DNA of 64,000 nt from Raillietiella orientalis. Its lineage: Eukaryota. Position numbers and translations under genes: made by a program. Below the pieces are notes generated by a model that had not been told where the DNA came from, made no database searches, and was given only the letters and a program-made list of their open reading frames with translations. Positions 1 through 13,160 of this stretch are shown one piece after another (position 1 is the first letter of the stretch; every line of letters begins with the position of its first letter). The stretch lies in NCBI GenBank assembly GCA_036172245.1, contig JAYWIR010000015.1, positions 1,116,001-1,180,000 of the forward strand, written 5' to 3'.

Positions 1-733
1 CAGACGGCGTTGAGGAAAGATGCAGGGGGGAGAGTCCTGCTCCGCCAGAGGAGCCGCTTCCTGAATCCTAGAGTCACAAGATACTCCTTCTTCCTTCTCT
101 TTCTTCATCACTGCTTCTCCCCGAGGACTTCGTGAGAGAAAGAGGGACAGAGGATCAGAAGTCATAGGGGAGAGAGGTCAAGATGCTTCCCCGCTTCCCC
201 GGGTTTCTTTCAGAGGCATGCGCTGGCTATGCTGGCGCATGCCTCCGAAAGGGTGGGCACTACAGGAGCCCTCCAGCTGCAGAGATGGAGAGCTGTAGCC
301 CTTCAAGATGGGAGAGGGGGGGCTGCAGTCCGGAGTGTTCCTCCTTGGGCCGGGAAGTTCTAGTCAACCAGAATTTCGCAGATGCAGCTCCGGTTGAGAG
401 GACCACCGAGGCACCCCTCCTCCCTCGCTTGTCCTCTCTGCCACTTCGCTTCCTCAATAACTCACAATGGTCCGACTGCCTTGTTTCTTGTCTCTTGAGT
501 GGAGTGGGTGAATGGACTAGGAGGAATGGAGCGCTCCTGGCCCATTCCTGGTCTCGCTTCATCAGGAGAAAGAGGGAGGTCCAAGCTACCAAGTTACGAG
601 GACAGGAGCACACTCGTCCGCCGCAGCGCCATCTACCCACAGTCTCGGACACTATCACAGGTGCGCGAGGGCGGCACGCCCGGTTTTGTTTCTCTTGCCC
701 GACCAAGGAGAAAACGGTGAAAAGAGGGATCAC
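1..733 (-). mobile_element. Decayed non-LTR retrotransposon ORF2 fragment (end of APE endonuclease plus linker), L1/Tx1-like
   Basis: Minus ORF 260-733 contains QSDHCELL (SDH motif, ~467-478) followed by RGRRGASVVLSTG..KFW, resembling the post-APE G.G.W.LN.SLL segment. Runs off the window edge. Confidence 0.4.
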
Positions 734-1109
734 TACTGGACGAGTCCGACAGGACGAACGATCTTGCAGAAATTACGTAGAAGGCTCTCCCCACACGTGT
801 GTCCAGAGGCACTGTGAGTTAAGGAAACGTGTAGACCCTCTCCGAGTGACGCGAAGTTCTTCCCGCAACCAGCAGCGCGAGGTTGCTACCGAAACGAGCG
901 CTGGCGTAGGCGCAGCGATGGCGTTGTCGCCCGAGGTCGCGACCCATACAGGCAGTTCGAGGGAAGCAGCCGGAGGCGAAGACCCCGCAGATCGTGAACG
1001 GGACGAGCTCCGAAAGCACCCGCGCGCGCTGTTCCGACCCGGAAAGCTCGCACGGGGTGCGAAGCGACGTGGGATGACCATGCTCCTCCTCCTCCTCCTC
1101 CTATTCTCT

Positions 1110-1425
1110 TGTACCCCCCACCTGTTTCCCTTACGAGACTGGACGTCCTTCGAGAGCCAACATGCGCACGAGGAAAAAGGAGGAGCCTCGTTGTTTGCGG
1201 CCGAAAGCGCCCTTCTGCAGGAAGCGGCGCAACGTCCGAGGCGAACGCACCGAGCCCGCCCAGGGTGGGCAGTGTCCGCAGTGTGTGGAAGCGCTTCGTG
1301 GAAGAGTCGCCGCCGGCAGAGCAAGAGATGGCGGCGGCGGCGGCGAAAAGACAGGAGAGATTCAAAAAGCAGCAGCCTCTCAGCGTGCGAGCACAGCAGG
1401 AGGAAATTCCTGCACGTTCCGACGG
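1110..1425 (+). pseudogene. Possible decayed C2H2 zinc-finger array fragment
   Basis: With small frameshifts the + strand reads CPQC/(G)KRFVEES..AEQ (~1274-1323), RCLRPKAPFCRK and SACEHSRRKF (~1382-1411), all resembling CxxC-x-K-x-F finger starts. The His ligands are not intact. Confidence 0.28.
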
Positions 1426-2299
1426 AAAAACTTTCACTTCTTTTATTAACAGCAAGCAGCAGCAGGAAAACATTATCATGATGATGATGATTTAAAATGA
1501 ATGCTCCAGATGTGGAAGCAGGAAACGGAAAAAATTTGCCGCTGTCACATCGCAGGAACGCACGGGGAGGCGACATGAGCTTTCCAGCGAACTCCAAGAA
1601 ACCGTCCTTTCCAGTTTTCGCTTGCGGGGGGGAAGGAAAAAGAATGGGGACATTCTCTGGCAGGACTTGCAGGATTCTCCCGTTCGCTGCTAGCCAGCGC
1701 ATGCCCCGAGAAGACGGCTCCCTCTCACGTTCCCCCCTCCCCTTCTTCCTCCCTCCCCTGTCCGCTCCTGCGCATCACTTGCTCCGGAAGCCACATTCTT
1801 GCTCATTATGATCCCTACACCCTTCGGCTTCCACGACTAGCCCTAGCACACCTTCTCCTTGCCGGCGGGAGGCAGACCCTTCTCTTTCGTCCCCGTGGAT
1901 TCCTCGGTCTGGAGCGCCGTCCTTGGCCACAGAGTCTGGAGATACAAGGGGACCCGAGAGGCACCTTTGTCCCCTAGACAGGGAAAATGAAAGGTTTGCA
2001 TGCCTTGCATCTCCCTTTTCCTCCCCGAGAGATGGGCCACCATTTCCGGCTCTTCCTATTCTGATGGCCTGGTCCCGCACGCGGCTGGGCATCCTCCTTT
2101 CATAGACACTCTCCGGCTGCGCTTTATCGCGTTCTTCCCGCACGACCAGCTGGTAAGAGGGAGGATCTTGGCGGGGAGCAGTCCGTGGCTCCGCCTCCCG
2201 GGCGGCTGAAGGAAAGGCTCTGACTAGAGATGCGAGGCCCAGTTCGAGAGGGAGAGCTCAAACCCACGAATTCCCTTTGGATCGAATCCGCCGCCACGT

Positions 2300-2870
2300 A
2301 TCCACGCGAAGCAAAAGAATGGTGGCCGTCGTAAAACGGGAACGGGAGCTCTCGTGAGTATCAGCCAGCCCGGCGTGTCCAGGCAACGAAAGAGCTAGAG
2401 TGTGAGGTGGGGTGGGGGGCGGGATGATGGATGGGGGGAAGAAACAGAGCATGAAATCTCTCAACATGCAGCTCTGATGAGTGTGCTGGAAAAGGATGCA
2501 GATGGCTCCTCCCTCTCCTCTTACGGCTGCACTCACCCCAGCAGAAGAATAGCCGGGAATATTCATTGAACCTCATGGACTGGCGGGGTGTTGGTTCCCG
2601 CTGCCTGCCTCTCCTGGAGGAACGAAATCCGAGGAGAGAAGACCCTCCCGATATCGGGACCAGGGAGGTAGGGGGAGGGGAGAAATGGGAAGGGAAAAGG
2701 GAGGAAAACGTTGCTTGCCGAAAGGGTGGAAAGGGATGGCTCTCAGTGAGAAGCTACGCCCTGATTTTGGGGTATTTCGCGTGCATCCGGAAAGAGACGA
2801 GGAACGAATCCCCTCCAGCATCCCTGAAAATCAACCTGTGTGTGCTGCGCCAATAAGAAGGGCACCCTGA
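2300..2870 (-). mobile_element. Highly decayed LINE 3' fragment
   Basis: RDAGGDSFL (GGLGL-like), RGEGGAICILF (cf. GGRHDRNAICFAL near 45800), and a UTR-like block actcacgagagctc. Confidence 0.28.
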
Positions 2871-2999
2871 AAGCTCCACTCGTCTCCGGATGGTCTGTTC
2901 AAGATGAAAAAGAAAGGACCATTCCCGGGTGAAACAGGGCTTCCGAGAAATGCACCGAGCTGGATCGCAACCACAGGCTCAACGTGGGAGTCCAGTTCA

Positions 3000-3060
3000 A
3001 GAGGTTCGTATTCCTGGAAACTATTCCAAGCCGGAATGGCTTCCAGGAATATAAACCTCT
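3000..3060. repeat. 61-nt imperfect hairpin (28-bp arms, 5-nt loop)
   Basis: Arms 3000-3027 and 3033-3060: 24 Watson-Crick pairs, 2 G-T and 2 A-C; loop aagcc. Confidence 0.85.
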
Positions 3061-6000
3061 CCCCTAGTAGCGCTTCCTAGAAGAAAGGCTATATGTTTTG
3101 AGGCGAGCATTTTTCATGGAGATGTGCGATCTGATCTCTTTCGCGTTCCCTTCTTCCACCCACACCTCTCTCCACTCTCTCTACACCTCTGCTCCCTGCT
3201 TTCATTGGTTCCTCGTTGGATATTCACGCTAGCTTCTTGCCACACACAGGAAGGAAGCGGAGCGACTTCCGGAAGCATGGCAAGGAGCAGTGAGCATTTC
3301 CTCACAGCCACGAAATAGCAATCGTGGAGCAAGCCGAAAGAGAGCGGTTCGGGAAGATGCACCGCCTACGACCTCAGAGCATGCTCTCCAACTCCAGTCC
3401 GCCCGCCTAGCAGCAAGAGACTTACCGATGTACAAGATCGGAAGAACACTTCTCTGGAGCACTCTCCTAATGAACGGGCTCATGTCTGCCGCGGCACCAG
3501 TGGTGCTTACTCGTACCAGTGGTTCACGTCTGCCTCCATGCCTTCTCAACAGGAGGAAGAAGCTGTGACTAGTTCTGGCGCGGAACGCATGCAAGACATT
3601 CAAATAAGATGCTGGTGACGTGGAGGTGCCAGTGGTGCTTACTCGTCATTGCGTTGTTGGATGAGCTTCCCGCGTACGATCATCTCTTCCCTGACATTTG
3701 CACGCCAAAATGTTTCCCGTGCGCAACTCCACAGACGTGAGAGCTGCCATCCTTAGTTCCAAAGTACACGCTCGAATGTGTGATGGCAGAAACCGGAGAA
3801 GTTGGCGCATACAACCACACGGGGGACTCGGTTACCGCTGAATCTGTTTCCCTTCTCTGATGAAGCCGAGTGGAAAGCAGTTCTTTCCTAGGTCCGTTCT
3901 CGATCTTCGAGACAAACCCTCCGCCTTGATCTTCGGGGACGTCGGCAGCGCCCCTCGATGCACGTTCCTCTACCAGGCACTCACGCGCCACGCGTGCGCT
4001 CATTGCATTTCGTGCATTTCACTACGAAGCAAGCCGTTGCCGCCTGACGGTGACGTAACGCCGCCACAATTCAGCTGGCGCACTCCCACACCATGCAGTA
4101 AGCATGTCGCAAAACGTGCATCTAGGAGGTTTCCTTTCATGGAAAGTCTTCGAACCTTTCCAGCAATTTTCCCATATCCAGAACCTTCCTAATCTTCTCA
4201 GAAAGACAGTCGTCATCTTGAATAACTTGAAACCAGTCTTGGCCTCCAGATGGAATTTTCTGGTAGTTTTTTTCCTGCATCGCGTCAGATTCGCTCCTGA
4301 GAACTGCTTCAGCTTCTTGCAAACCACAGGCTTTGACTTTCCTGTTTCCCAGAGTTCCGAGGAACCCAAAGGTTCCTCTTCAGGAAAAGTTTCCTCAGCT
4401 GGCAGTTTGTACGTCTCCATCATCTGCTTCAATTTGCACTTTGGACTGTGTCAACTTGGCTGCAATCCCCGATGCTGGATGTCAACGGTGCTCTCATTTA
4501 CCAGAGCAAAAGAGATCCTTGGAGACCTCGACTGCCATGTGGTGCTACGCTGCTTTGCTCCCTGATGTGATCACGAGAGTCAGTCGCGAAAACAGCTGCT
4601 CCTTCGCCGTGCTGCTCTCCGAAGTACTCTGCCGTTTCACTCTCTCTTAGTGCGAAGGCGCTTGCCACCCTCGCGACCCGGGAGATTCGATGATGCCACC
4701 ATTAAGATGTGTATCTGTGACAACTCGGCTGAATCGGCGAGTCTCGGGCGTTCGCTCTAGTTCTAGCAAAGGCACAGAGCAACAAAAAACAAACGAACGA
4801 ACTGGTTGTTCCGAGTGGATTCTCGGGTTCAGACGGCAGTTTCGACCACCACAGGAGTTTCAAGAGATCTCGAGAAAAGTCAAAGCAACCGTTTGCTCCC
4901 GTTGATGTGAACTATTCCGAGACACCTGCCGCTGATTCCTCGAGGCCGAAAATCTGGACCGCAACGCCCGGAAGATGAACATGGATTGAAGCGCTGGGGC
5001 GCAGGAATAATCGAATGCCAATTACGACTCGTACGTCTGAGGAGATGCAAAGGTCATTTCGACACCTCGTGCTAACACAGGTTCTTCCCTGGAGGATGGC
5101 ATCCTTGGAATTCTTGAAATGGTTGCAGAATGGTGAAACTACTTGCAGTCGTATTTATTGTGTGTTTGTGTGCGTGTGTGTGTGTTTCAAACAATGGAGG
5201 AGGAGGACGAGGAGCATTCCAGCTCCACCTTCTCTGGGAGCGCCTAGAGAGATGCATGGAAAACCCGCCGGATGCTGCATGCACCTCGGCAGTTCCGTTT
5301 CACTTTAGCACACACGATTTACAGCAGTCCGCGTGCTCTTTGCGGAGGATTCTCTGGAATGCCTCGGATCTGTACGAGTGAACGACCTGTGCACCACCTC
5401 CGTTCCGAGCATCACCTCGTACAACGAAGCGGATCGCTCTCGAGGTTTCTCAGCATGAAGGATTCAGCGTATCGATCTCATCATGCAATAAATCATGGCA
5501 GCAGACTCTTCCCGAAAACATCCAAAATGGAACGAACGCACTGCGCCTACGGGATGGAATGGGCGGCAGAGGGGGGAAATCGGACGGGGTTTTTCCAAGG
5601 AAGCTGCTAGTTGTAATGCTCGCTGGAACTGGTTGTCTCTGGCCTCTGTGCTCCCACAGTCTGTTGCATTGCAATGCTCTTTCCCCTTCTGCCACATTCC
5701 TAGCCGCGGCATTCCAGCAGTCTCAACGATCTCAAACGGACCAGCTCGGTTTTCTCTCCACCTGCAAATCCCGAAGCATGGAAATCCTGCATCCGTTAAT
5801 CTCCTCTGTACGGACGCGGACCGTATGTTTGCATAGTAAAAGTATCATTGACAAGGTCACGAGTACAGAATGCAACTAACTACCAAATTATGGACTATTC
5901 CCCCTCGATACACGGGTAACCAATGACAACAACTTTACGCTCCATGAATCACTGCAATAAGAAGATGGCGTTCAACGACCCTAAAGAATTCGCCGAATGT

Positions 6001-6933
6001 GGTTCACTTCGTTCACGAATCGAGTTCTCTCTCTTCTGCAGCCTCACGTTTGGACATGACTCTGTCCTCTGATTAAAAAACAACATTCAGGATACACTTC
6101 AGCGCGTTTCGAAAGCATGAGGGGAAATGTCGCCCATGTGAGGCTGTGTTTTGCTTTCGCTGTCCTTTTTTTTTTTTTTTATTTTTTTTGCCTGCAGAGG
6201 AAGCTCTGTTTTACAAAAGCTCTGTTTAGGGAGATTTTTCCATCTTCGGAACGCACATGCAAGAAACTCATGCCTGACCAAGCGAACGTTTCATCCTCCT
6301 TTTTATAAAACAGCGAAAATATCTGATCTGCTGCTTTGAGTTTCCGGTTCGGGAATTCCCGCGTACCCATGAAATGTGCTCACGGGAAACGGTAAAGCGG
6401 AGTCACTCCTTTGGTTCCATCAGAGTCCATAGCTGATCTGTTTGAAAAATTCATCTTCTTTGAAGTTCCTTTACATCGCAGGGGATGACAGGGGTCGGTG
6501 TCTGCCTTGCTACCGATTCGCCTTCAGTTCGGAGTCCAGTCAAGGTACGGCACACGGTATTCATTAAGGGCAGGTCGATTTTTTTTTTTTTTGTCTCAGA
6601 TAGAAAGGTTACGTGGACACTTGATGAGAGGAGATCGCCATCTTGTCTATCCATCACGCTTGTCGTCATATCTCAATACAAATAAGCTTCCCATCTCAAA
6701 TCAAGGGATGACAAGGTTACGCGCTGAAGCCAGTGAATGTCCGTTTTACTCGAACGCACGGACAGGGCGATCGGCGCCAGCATCGAGCTGGTCAGTACCG
6801 AATGAATGTTTCAGTGTCCAGTATCCCTCTTCTTTGGCTTGAACGCATACTTTGCGGGAAGGGATGGACGGATTTCGGACCAATGCCGATGCAGCAATCT
6901 CAAAACGGACCACAATCATGAAATTACGTAAAA

Positions 6934-6938
<5 letters not shown>

Positions 6939-6964
<26 letters not shown>
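6939..6964 (+). repeat. Poly(A) tract, 26 nt
   Basis: Read directly. Confidence 0.95.
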
Positions 6965-9695
6965 GAACCGTCGACAGTCCTTGAGAAAGGATTCGCATAT
7001 TTATCATTCCTAGGGTGGGGACAAAAAACCACTGGCAACTGCCTATAACGGTGCCGCTCGCGGGGAAGCATTCGCGAGTGATGACAAAAAAAGAAAAAAA
7101 CATCGATGCAAAAGCATCTGCAAGTGGCAAAAACACTGCGGGAAGGGAAACAAAAGCATGTACGCAAGGGCGCGATGATTTTCACGGGAACACACCCACT
7201 TCTCCCAAATCACGAAGTTTCGATTCATACCCTAAATGTCCCTCTCATGGTAGAACCTTTTGAAAAGTCATTCCCGAACCCCTACGTAGGCAATGCGATG
7301 GCAGCGTACTCGTTTGCCACACGGGAAATGTGGCAAACAAGCATACCGCCACAGCGGCTTTGCTGTTTAAAAGACACACTGCTCAAACACAGATATACAC
7401 ACACACATACACACGGCGGGCAAACACCGGCTTAGCACTTATAAGGAATTCCTGCGTGCCTGCTGCGGTTCGTTGGTTTTGTTCGAGGTCCAGCACGACA
7501 CACGCACTTTCATCCGCGTGTGTGCAGTCACGTTCCTTCCCGTTGCCTCTCCCATAGTGTGCTACGCAATACGTGAATCACGCAGATGACTCATAGCCAT
7601 GCAACCACGGCGTTGAGGGAGTTGTTCCCGTCGCCTAGGCGATGGTACTGAGGAACGATTTTCCCTGTCCTGGTTGCGCTGCTGAAACAACATCCAAGCA
7701 TCAAAAAGAGGGAGGGAAACGAAGAAAAAAGCAGGGAATGCTGAAGCCGCAATCGCCATTCTACGCTCAAAGCGGGAATTTCTAAACGGAGATTTTCAAG
7801 GATGAGTGTTGATCTAACTTTCCAAGGAATTTCTCAGTGCTGTCCTTAGAGAGTACTCAAGGGGCACAGAGAAAACACACAAAAAAATAATAAAACGGTG
7901 CTCAGCAGGAAGGAAGGCGCTTCGGAAAATTTCTGATCGTCATGGGAACAACTTGCCTGTATTCAATTTCTGATCCATTGAAGCTGATTATCTCCTTGCG
8001 AACGTGCGCGTTTCCTAATTAAATGATTGCCTTGCGGCAAATGAGTGCGGAGAGAAGATCAAACTCGCAGAAAACAAATAATTAATGCATTAAGGATTCC
8101 AGAACCGTTCCAAAGTCAATTACACACAGAGAAACATTTGTGTTCCATCTCCTGGATACCACTGAAGAGCATTTTTTCTTCTTCTCCTTCTCCTTCTTTC
8201 CCTCCCTCTCTCTTCCCTAATCGTGGTTCTATGTTCGAATTTTCTTTCCAGAATCGATGCCCGGGTTGCGAAAAACCCTCGTGCTGGCCGAATGCACCAA
8301 GCCTAACATAGCGGATCGGACACCACCAACACCAACACCTCGAACATCCTGCATGTGAAAGCGGCACCCGCGCGTGCACCTGGTGGTGATCTGCAGACAT
8401 TAACGAGCTCACATACATTACGAACACGATCGCAGGACAGTGCACCAATTCAGGAGGTTCACAGCTCTGACAGTGAACTCCTTGAGTCATTTGACGCCCC
8501 CCCCCCCCTCTAGCGCTGCTGCAATTGGATCTCCACCCCCCCACACACACACACACACATCCCCCTGTAGAAGTAGCACTTTTCAAAAAAAATTCGATTT
8601 TTCAAACAAGCTGGGAATTCCCCATCTTCCCGTTCCATCTCATTCTTATGCAACTATTACAACAGATAGCTGTGTTTATTACGCCTACCCGAGTGCTCGC
8701 ATCCCTGGTCTCCATCACATTTTATTACCGCTCTCGTTGACGTGTCATCTATGTAATCGATGCGCAACCTTGCGACGAAGATGCCGCGGCGAAATGAAAG
8801 GCACAGAATCCGAGTGTAGCTTCCCAGGGAGATGATGCCTCGAGTACATCCGGAGCACCTCTCGCTCTCAGGGTGATGCCGTTTCGGTTGATCCCAGCAT
8901 CTCAGTTTATCAGCATCATTCGAAAAAGTTCGATCGTTTAGCAGTCACTAGAAACGTCAGCTGAGTTTCTTCCTTTTTTTTTTTTTCTCCCACTCGCCCA
9001 CATGCTTCCGAGCACACAGTCTCATTGCATCTCATCTTCCCACTCAGGGCTCCTCGGCTTTTTGGCTTTCGGTTCTGTTGAATATGCAACACAAGTCACG
9101 CATGCAGCCTGGACTTGCCGCCTGGATGAAACACACAAGGAGCTACAATCATTACTGGCGAGTCACCGTTCTCCATGGATACGCCGGGTTCGATCGCGGA
9201 TGCAGAGAGCAGGTCTTGCTGCCGTGCTCCGTGTGCTTCCACCGCCTATCCGAAACGACCGCAAATTTCAGCACTTGCGTGTTCCCAATCCACCGACGAC
9301 CCGGCCGGAGGGAGCAGTCCCTCAAAAGGTGGACCCCACAAGCGGGCAGAAGGACGAATACGGGGTGAAGGAAAATGCCCGAATCCCAAGAAGCGATTTT
9401 CCGTTTTTGCTTCCCCCCCCGTTAATCCGAAACTTCGTTGGACATGCAAACCATTCACTCGCTTTCCTCAAACCCTTGCGTGACCCTTGATCGCCTGAAT
9501 AAACAAAATGGAAAGAGAAACAGACCTGAACTGGTCATCCAGAGCTGCGGACCAAACACCCGGCGAACCCGGCCAGCACGTGCCAGCCAACAGACGATGC
9601 ACTTTGGCTAGCACACCTGACGTCTGCGGACTGCGGAAACCTTGGTAACGGTGCGGATAGGAATAGCGAAACAACAAGGAGAAACACCGAAAGTG

Positions 9696-9698
<3 letters not shown>

Positions 9699-9735
<37 letters not shown>

Positions 9736-9746
9736 ATGTGTGTGTG
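9699..9746 (+). repeat. (TG)n microsatellite
   Basis: Pure TG run 9699-9733, short interruption, then more TG. Confidence 0.95.
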
Positions 9747-10559
9747 ATGTAGGTGGGTGGGTAGGTGCGTGCGCGAGGTTGTTTTGTTCTTGCTTTGTTT
9801 TTTTTTTGTTTTTTTTCATCTAGGCTTTGGCGTGACATAGATCCTGAACGCGTTGCCCAGACAACCGAAAGCTCTGATTGCACTGTCCATTCTCCAATTG
9901 CGATGCCAGGAATCAGATGCGCGTGGAGACCGGGGGGTGACGGTTTCACCTGTAGGATTTTTTCGACACGTGGTGGATCCTCTCGAGCGTGGTGGATGCA
10001 TGCGGAGCGCGCGGAAGAGGACGACGGCGCGGTGGGACGTCTGCATCCTGGAGCCACATAGGAGAGAAACAGGATATGGAATTCCTTTCAGCTCCAGGAG
10101 GCGCCGAATTATCCAGGAGGAGATTCCCTTTCCTCGGAAAACAGAAAGGGACTCCTTTCGAGGCGACGCTCTCGCTTCCAGGGAGCAGCCGCTCCGGAGG
10201 GAGGGCAGCGAGGAAAACCCTGAGCGGTTGGCATCCCAAAGCGCCCGCGGATCAGCGTGGAGAATCCCTCCGCGAAGTCTCCTCGGAAACCGAAGCCCGC
10301 GACGCAGTGGAAAGAGAGCGGTCCAGGAGCGCATCGATCGCCAGCGATGGAGGCGTCGGTACGCGGGCAGAGCGGGGTGGGGGGGGAGGGAGCACATGCA
10401 GCCCCTCTCTCTCGCTACGCGCTAGCCGGAGACGGGAATGTGACCCTTTCCTCCCGCCCCCCCCACCCCCTTTGCCACTCTGCTGCTGATCACGCCCTCC
10501 GCCACAGCCGTCGACGCCCCCTGGGCGAACGAGGAAAATCCGGCGCTTCGGCTCCCGGG

Positions 10560-12830
10560 CCTTGGGACTTCCGCAGGCGGTCGCTGCGACCTCGTCCGCG
10601 CTCGAGGGAGAGAACGGGCGGTTCCGTCGGCGGTGTGCATCGAAGGGAGACCAGCTCGAGGGAGGACCGGCAGCCGAATGGAGCCGCGGCAAAGGAACTG
10701 GGACCGGGCGCCATCCCTCGCCGGTTTCTCCAGACCCTCCGGGTCGTTCCCGTTCGGCATCTTCGAGGGCCGCTGGACCGTGGAGACCAGCGTCCGCAGA
10801 ACCGGCGGCGGTTGCGTGCTTGCTCGCCCCGCTGCATCCGCGCCCGCCGCTCTTCCCAAGTTACGCTCCTCCCTCCCGTTTCGCCTGCGGGAAGGATCTC
10901 CAAGCAGTGAACCCCAGGGGAGAAGGTGTTCTGGTTCACGGCTCGGGCGGGATAATCCCTGGGCACCCCCGAGGGCCTGTCGCCGCCAACCCGGAGAAGC
11001 CATCAGGGTCGGCTGAGGATAGTTTCCGGACTTTTCTCTCCTCCGCTGCACGGACCCCGGAGGTACCTGTGAGTCCAGCCCGCCGCCTCGCTTCGCCTGC
11101 GGTGGGCGGGCAGCCATGGAAACTCCGGAGACGCGTGGCCAGGGAAGCTCCTCGTCCCAATGAAGGCTTTATTGCATTCTCCTTCCTCATTGGCCGTCCT
11201 CTCCTCATGCGGTCGTTCTGGCGCCCGCGTCTCCGCCGCCCGCGCCTCAAATGAACCGCGCAGCGGAGCACGGCTCTCCCCCCTCCTTCCTCCTCCCCCT
11301 CTCCCTCCTGGACTCACGGCATCGTTGCAGGCGTTTCGGGACGGAGGAGAAATGGGGAGGCGGAGATGTTTTGGATTTGTTTTTTTCTCCCCCTCCCTCC
11401 CGTCCGAGGGGCGGAGGCGAGCGGAGCGCGCGCTCTTTGGTCGCCTAGCAACCTGCTCCGTGCGGCGGCGGCGGTTGCACCCTCGCACGCGACCGAGAGC
11501 GCGTGCTTCGAGGAGCTCCGCCTGGCTGCTAATCGGCATGGCGTGGGGCTTCCTTTCGCTCGCCCCCGCGGCGAGTTGCTGCCTCCGCCCCCCGGTGAAG
11601 CTGCCGCAGAGGGGAGGAGTCCTCTCCGCCTGCAGGGAAACGCAAGGGCGCGTAGCTGGAAGACCCACTTGTGAGGGTCTTCCAGCTACGCGAGTCCCGG
11701 GGGAGGTGAACGGCGGCGCTTGGAGGGCGAGGGCGTCGTCCGCGAAGCTCCGTCGAACCGGTAGTGCGGACGGAACGCATGGAGCAGAGCCACCCTTCGC
11801 CGCCTGGGGAAGCTGGGTTTACCGCTGGACCGCTGCCCGGGGATTCTCCAGCCGGCTCCTGTTAGGGGCCGGGGGGAAGCAGTGCGGGGTCAGCTCCCCG
11901 AATCCTCCCATGAGGAGAGACGCGGGGCGGCTGCAAGTTTGTTCCCCTCCCCCCCCACCACCCTTTTCTCTCTTCGGCTCCGCGCGATCCAGGAAAGGAG
12001 CTCTGGGAGTTCCGAGAGTCATCTCAGAACCTTCGCGTGGCTCCAGAGAGCGCAACCCCGCCCTCGTCAACCCAAGGGACCAAGAAGGGAGTCGACTGCG
12101 CACGGAAATCTCCCGTCCGGGAGGCGACGTCCTCCCTCTGTCGGCAGACTAGGATAGCGATCCCTCCTTCATCACTGGACCTGCGTCCTCCGTAGCGCGG
12201 TGGGACGGGGGGCCTCGGAAAGATTGGGAGGTTTGCGTTTGCTTGTGGTCTTCGGCACAGGAACGTGTGCTTCTGCAGGAGGTGGGAGGTCACGCGCCCT
12301 GCGCAATTTCACATCCTCGGGCTGTTCAAGCTGCTCGAAGGCGGCGGTCTTCAGTGCGCATCATCCCGGTAACCCCTGTCACTGCGGTGGGAACGCACCT
12401 CCGGGCCCGCAGCATCGCGGTGCTCAGGACGATCGCCTCAAGAAGCCCCTCCAACGCCCACTACCAGCCGCGGGCGTGGACGCGGCCGCGTGGCGGGAGA
12501 ACGTCCACGTTCGGCATGGATGGCGGGGCAGTCGCTCCCAGAAGTGGAAGAGGATCTACTGCCGCTTGCGCGGCCCTAGGCGGTGGTCCAAGGACGGAAC
12601 CGGACGCTAGGTGGGCAGCGTGGTAGCTCCTGCAGTCCAGAGGACCCTCAGGGCATCGGGACCGATCGCGTGATCATCCAGTCATCCTTGACTTTTGCCT
12701 TCTCTCCCGCTTCTCCCCCCCCCCCCCCCCCGTCGATGCCCGAGACCTGCCATGCAGACTCCCGCTCTCACGTTGCTCCGAGTTGCCCGGGCCTCTCCTG
12801 CGGCCCTTCTCACGAATTGCCTTCTGGCGA
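10560..12830 (+). mobile_element. Internally deleted L1/Tx1-like LINE (ORF1 remnant, APE remnant, post-RT remnant; RT missing)
   Basis: ORF1-like FPFGIFEGRWTV and decayed knuckle SRFACGKD...PGHPR (~10750-10975). ORF2 start ATG 11538, MAWGFLSL...VLSACRETQ (LQETH-like). ERLGGLRL (GGLGL-like) at ~12220. UTR-like block 12720-12820. Confidence 0.5.
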
Positions 12831-13160
12831 TTTATTCATTTCTTCATGTACTTTCATTCACTCGTGTTTTTATTTATTTATTATATTTATTCATTTATTT
12901 CGATTATTCACTTTGATTATTGAATTTTGTTATTTATTTTCATTATTCATTTTATTTGCTTTCATTATTCGTTTTATTTATTTTCAATATTAATTTTGTG
13001 CTTTTGTTTTTTTACTTATCTTTGATTTATTTTAATTGTTTATTTTATCTATGCATTTTATTTATTTTACTTATTTATTTTATTTATTTCCTTTATTTAT
13101 ATATTTCATTATTTATTTATTTCATCATTTATCCATTTCGTTATTTATGCTATTTATCTT
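12830..13160 (+). repeat. AT-rich low-complexity (TTTA/TTCA-like) tract, ~330 bp
   Basis: Abrupt switch from GC-rich DNA to degenerate TTTA repeats. Confidence 0.9.

Noticed and set aside
183..1481. 432-aa ORF, the longest in the window
   Set aside because: Arg/Ser/Gly-rich with no recognisable domain; overlaps an antisense APE relic and simple repeats, so probably a chance GC-rich frame.
2465..2500. Hammerhead ribozyme core (ctgatga...gaaa), also at ~3857
   Set aside because: Could not form the three required stems by eye.
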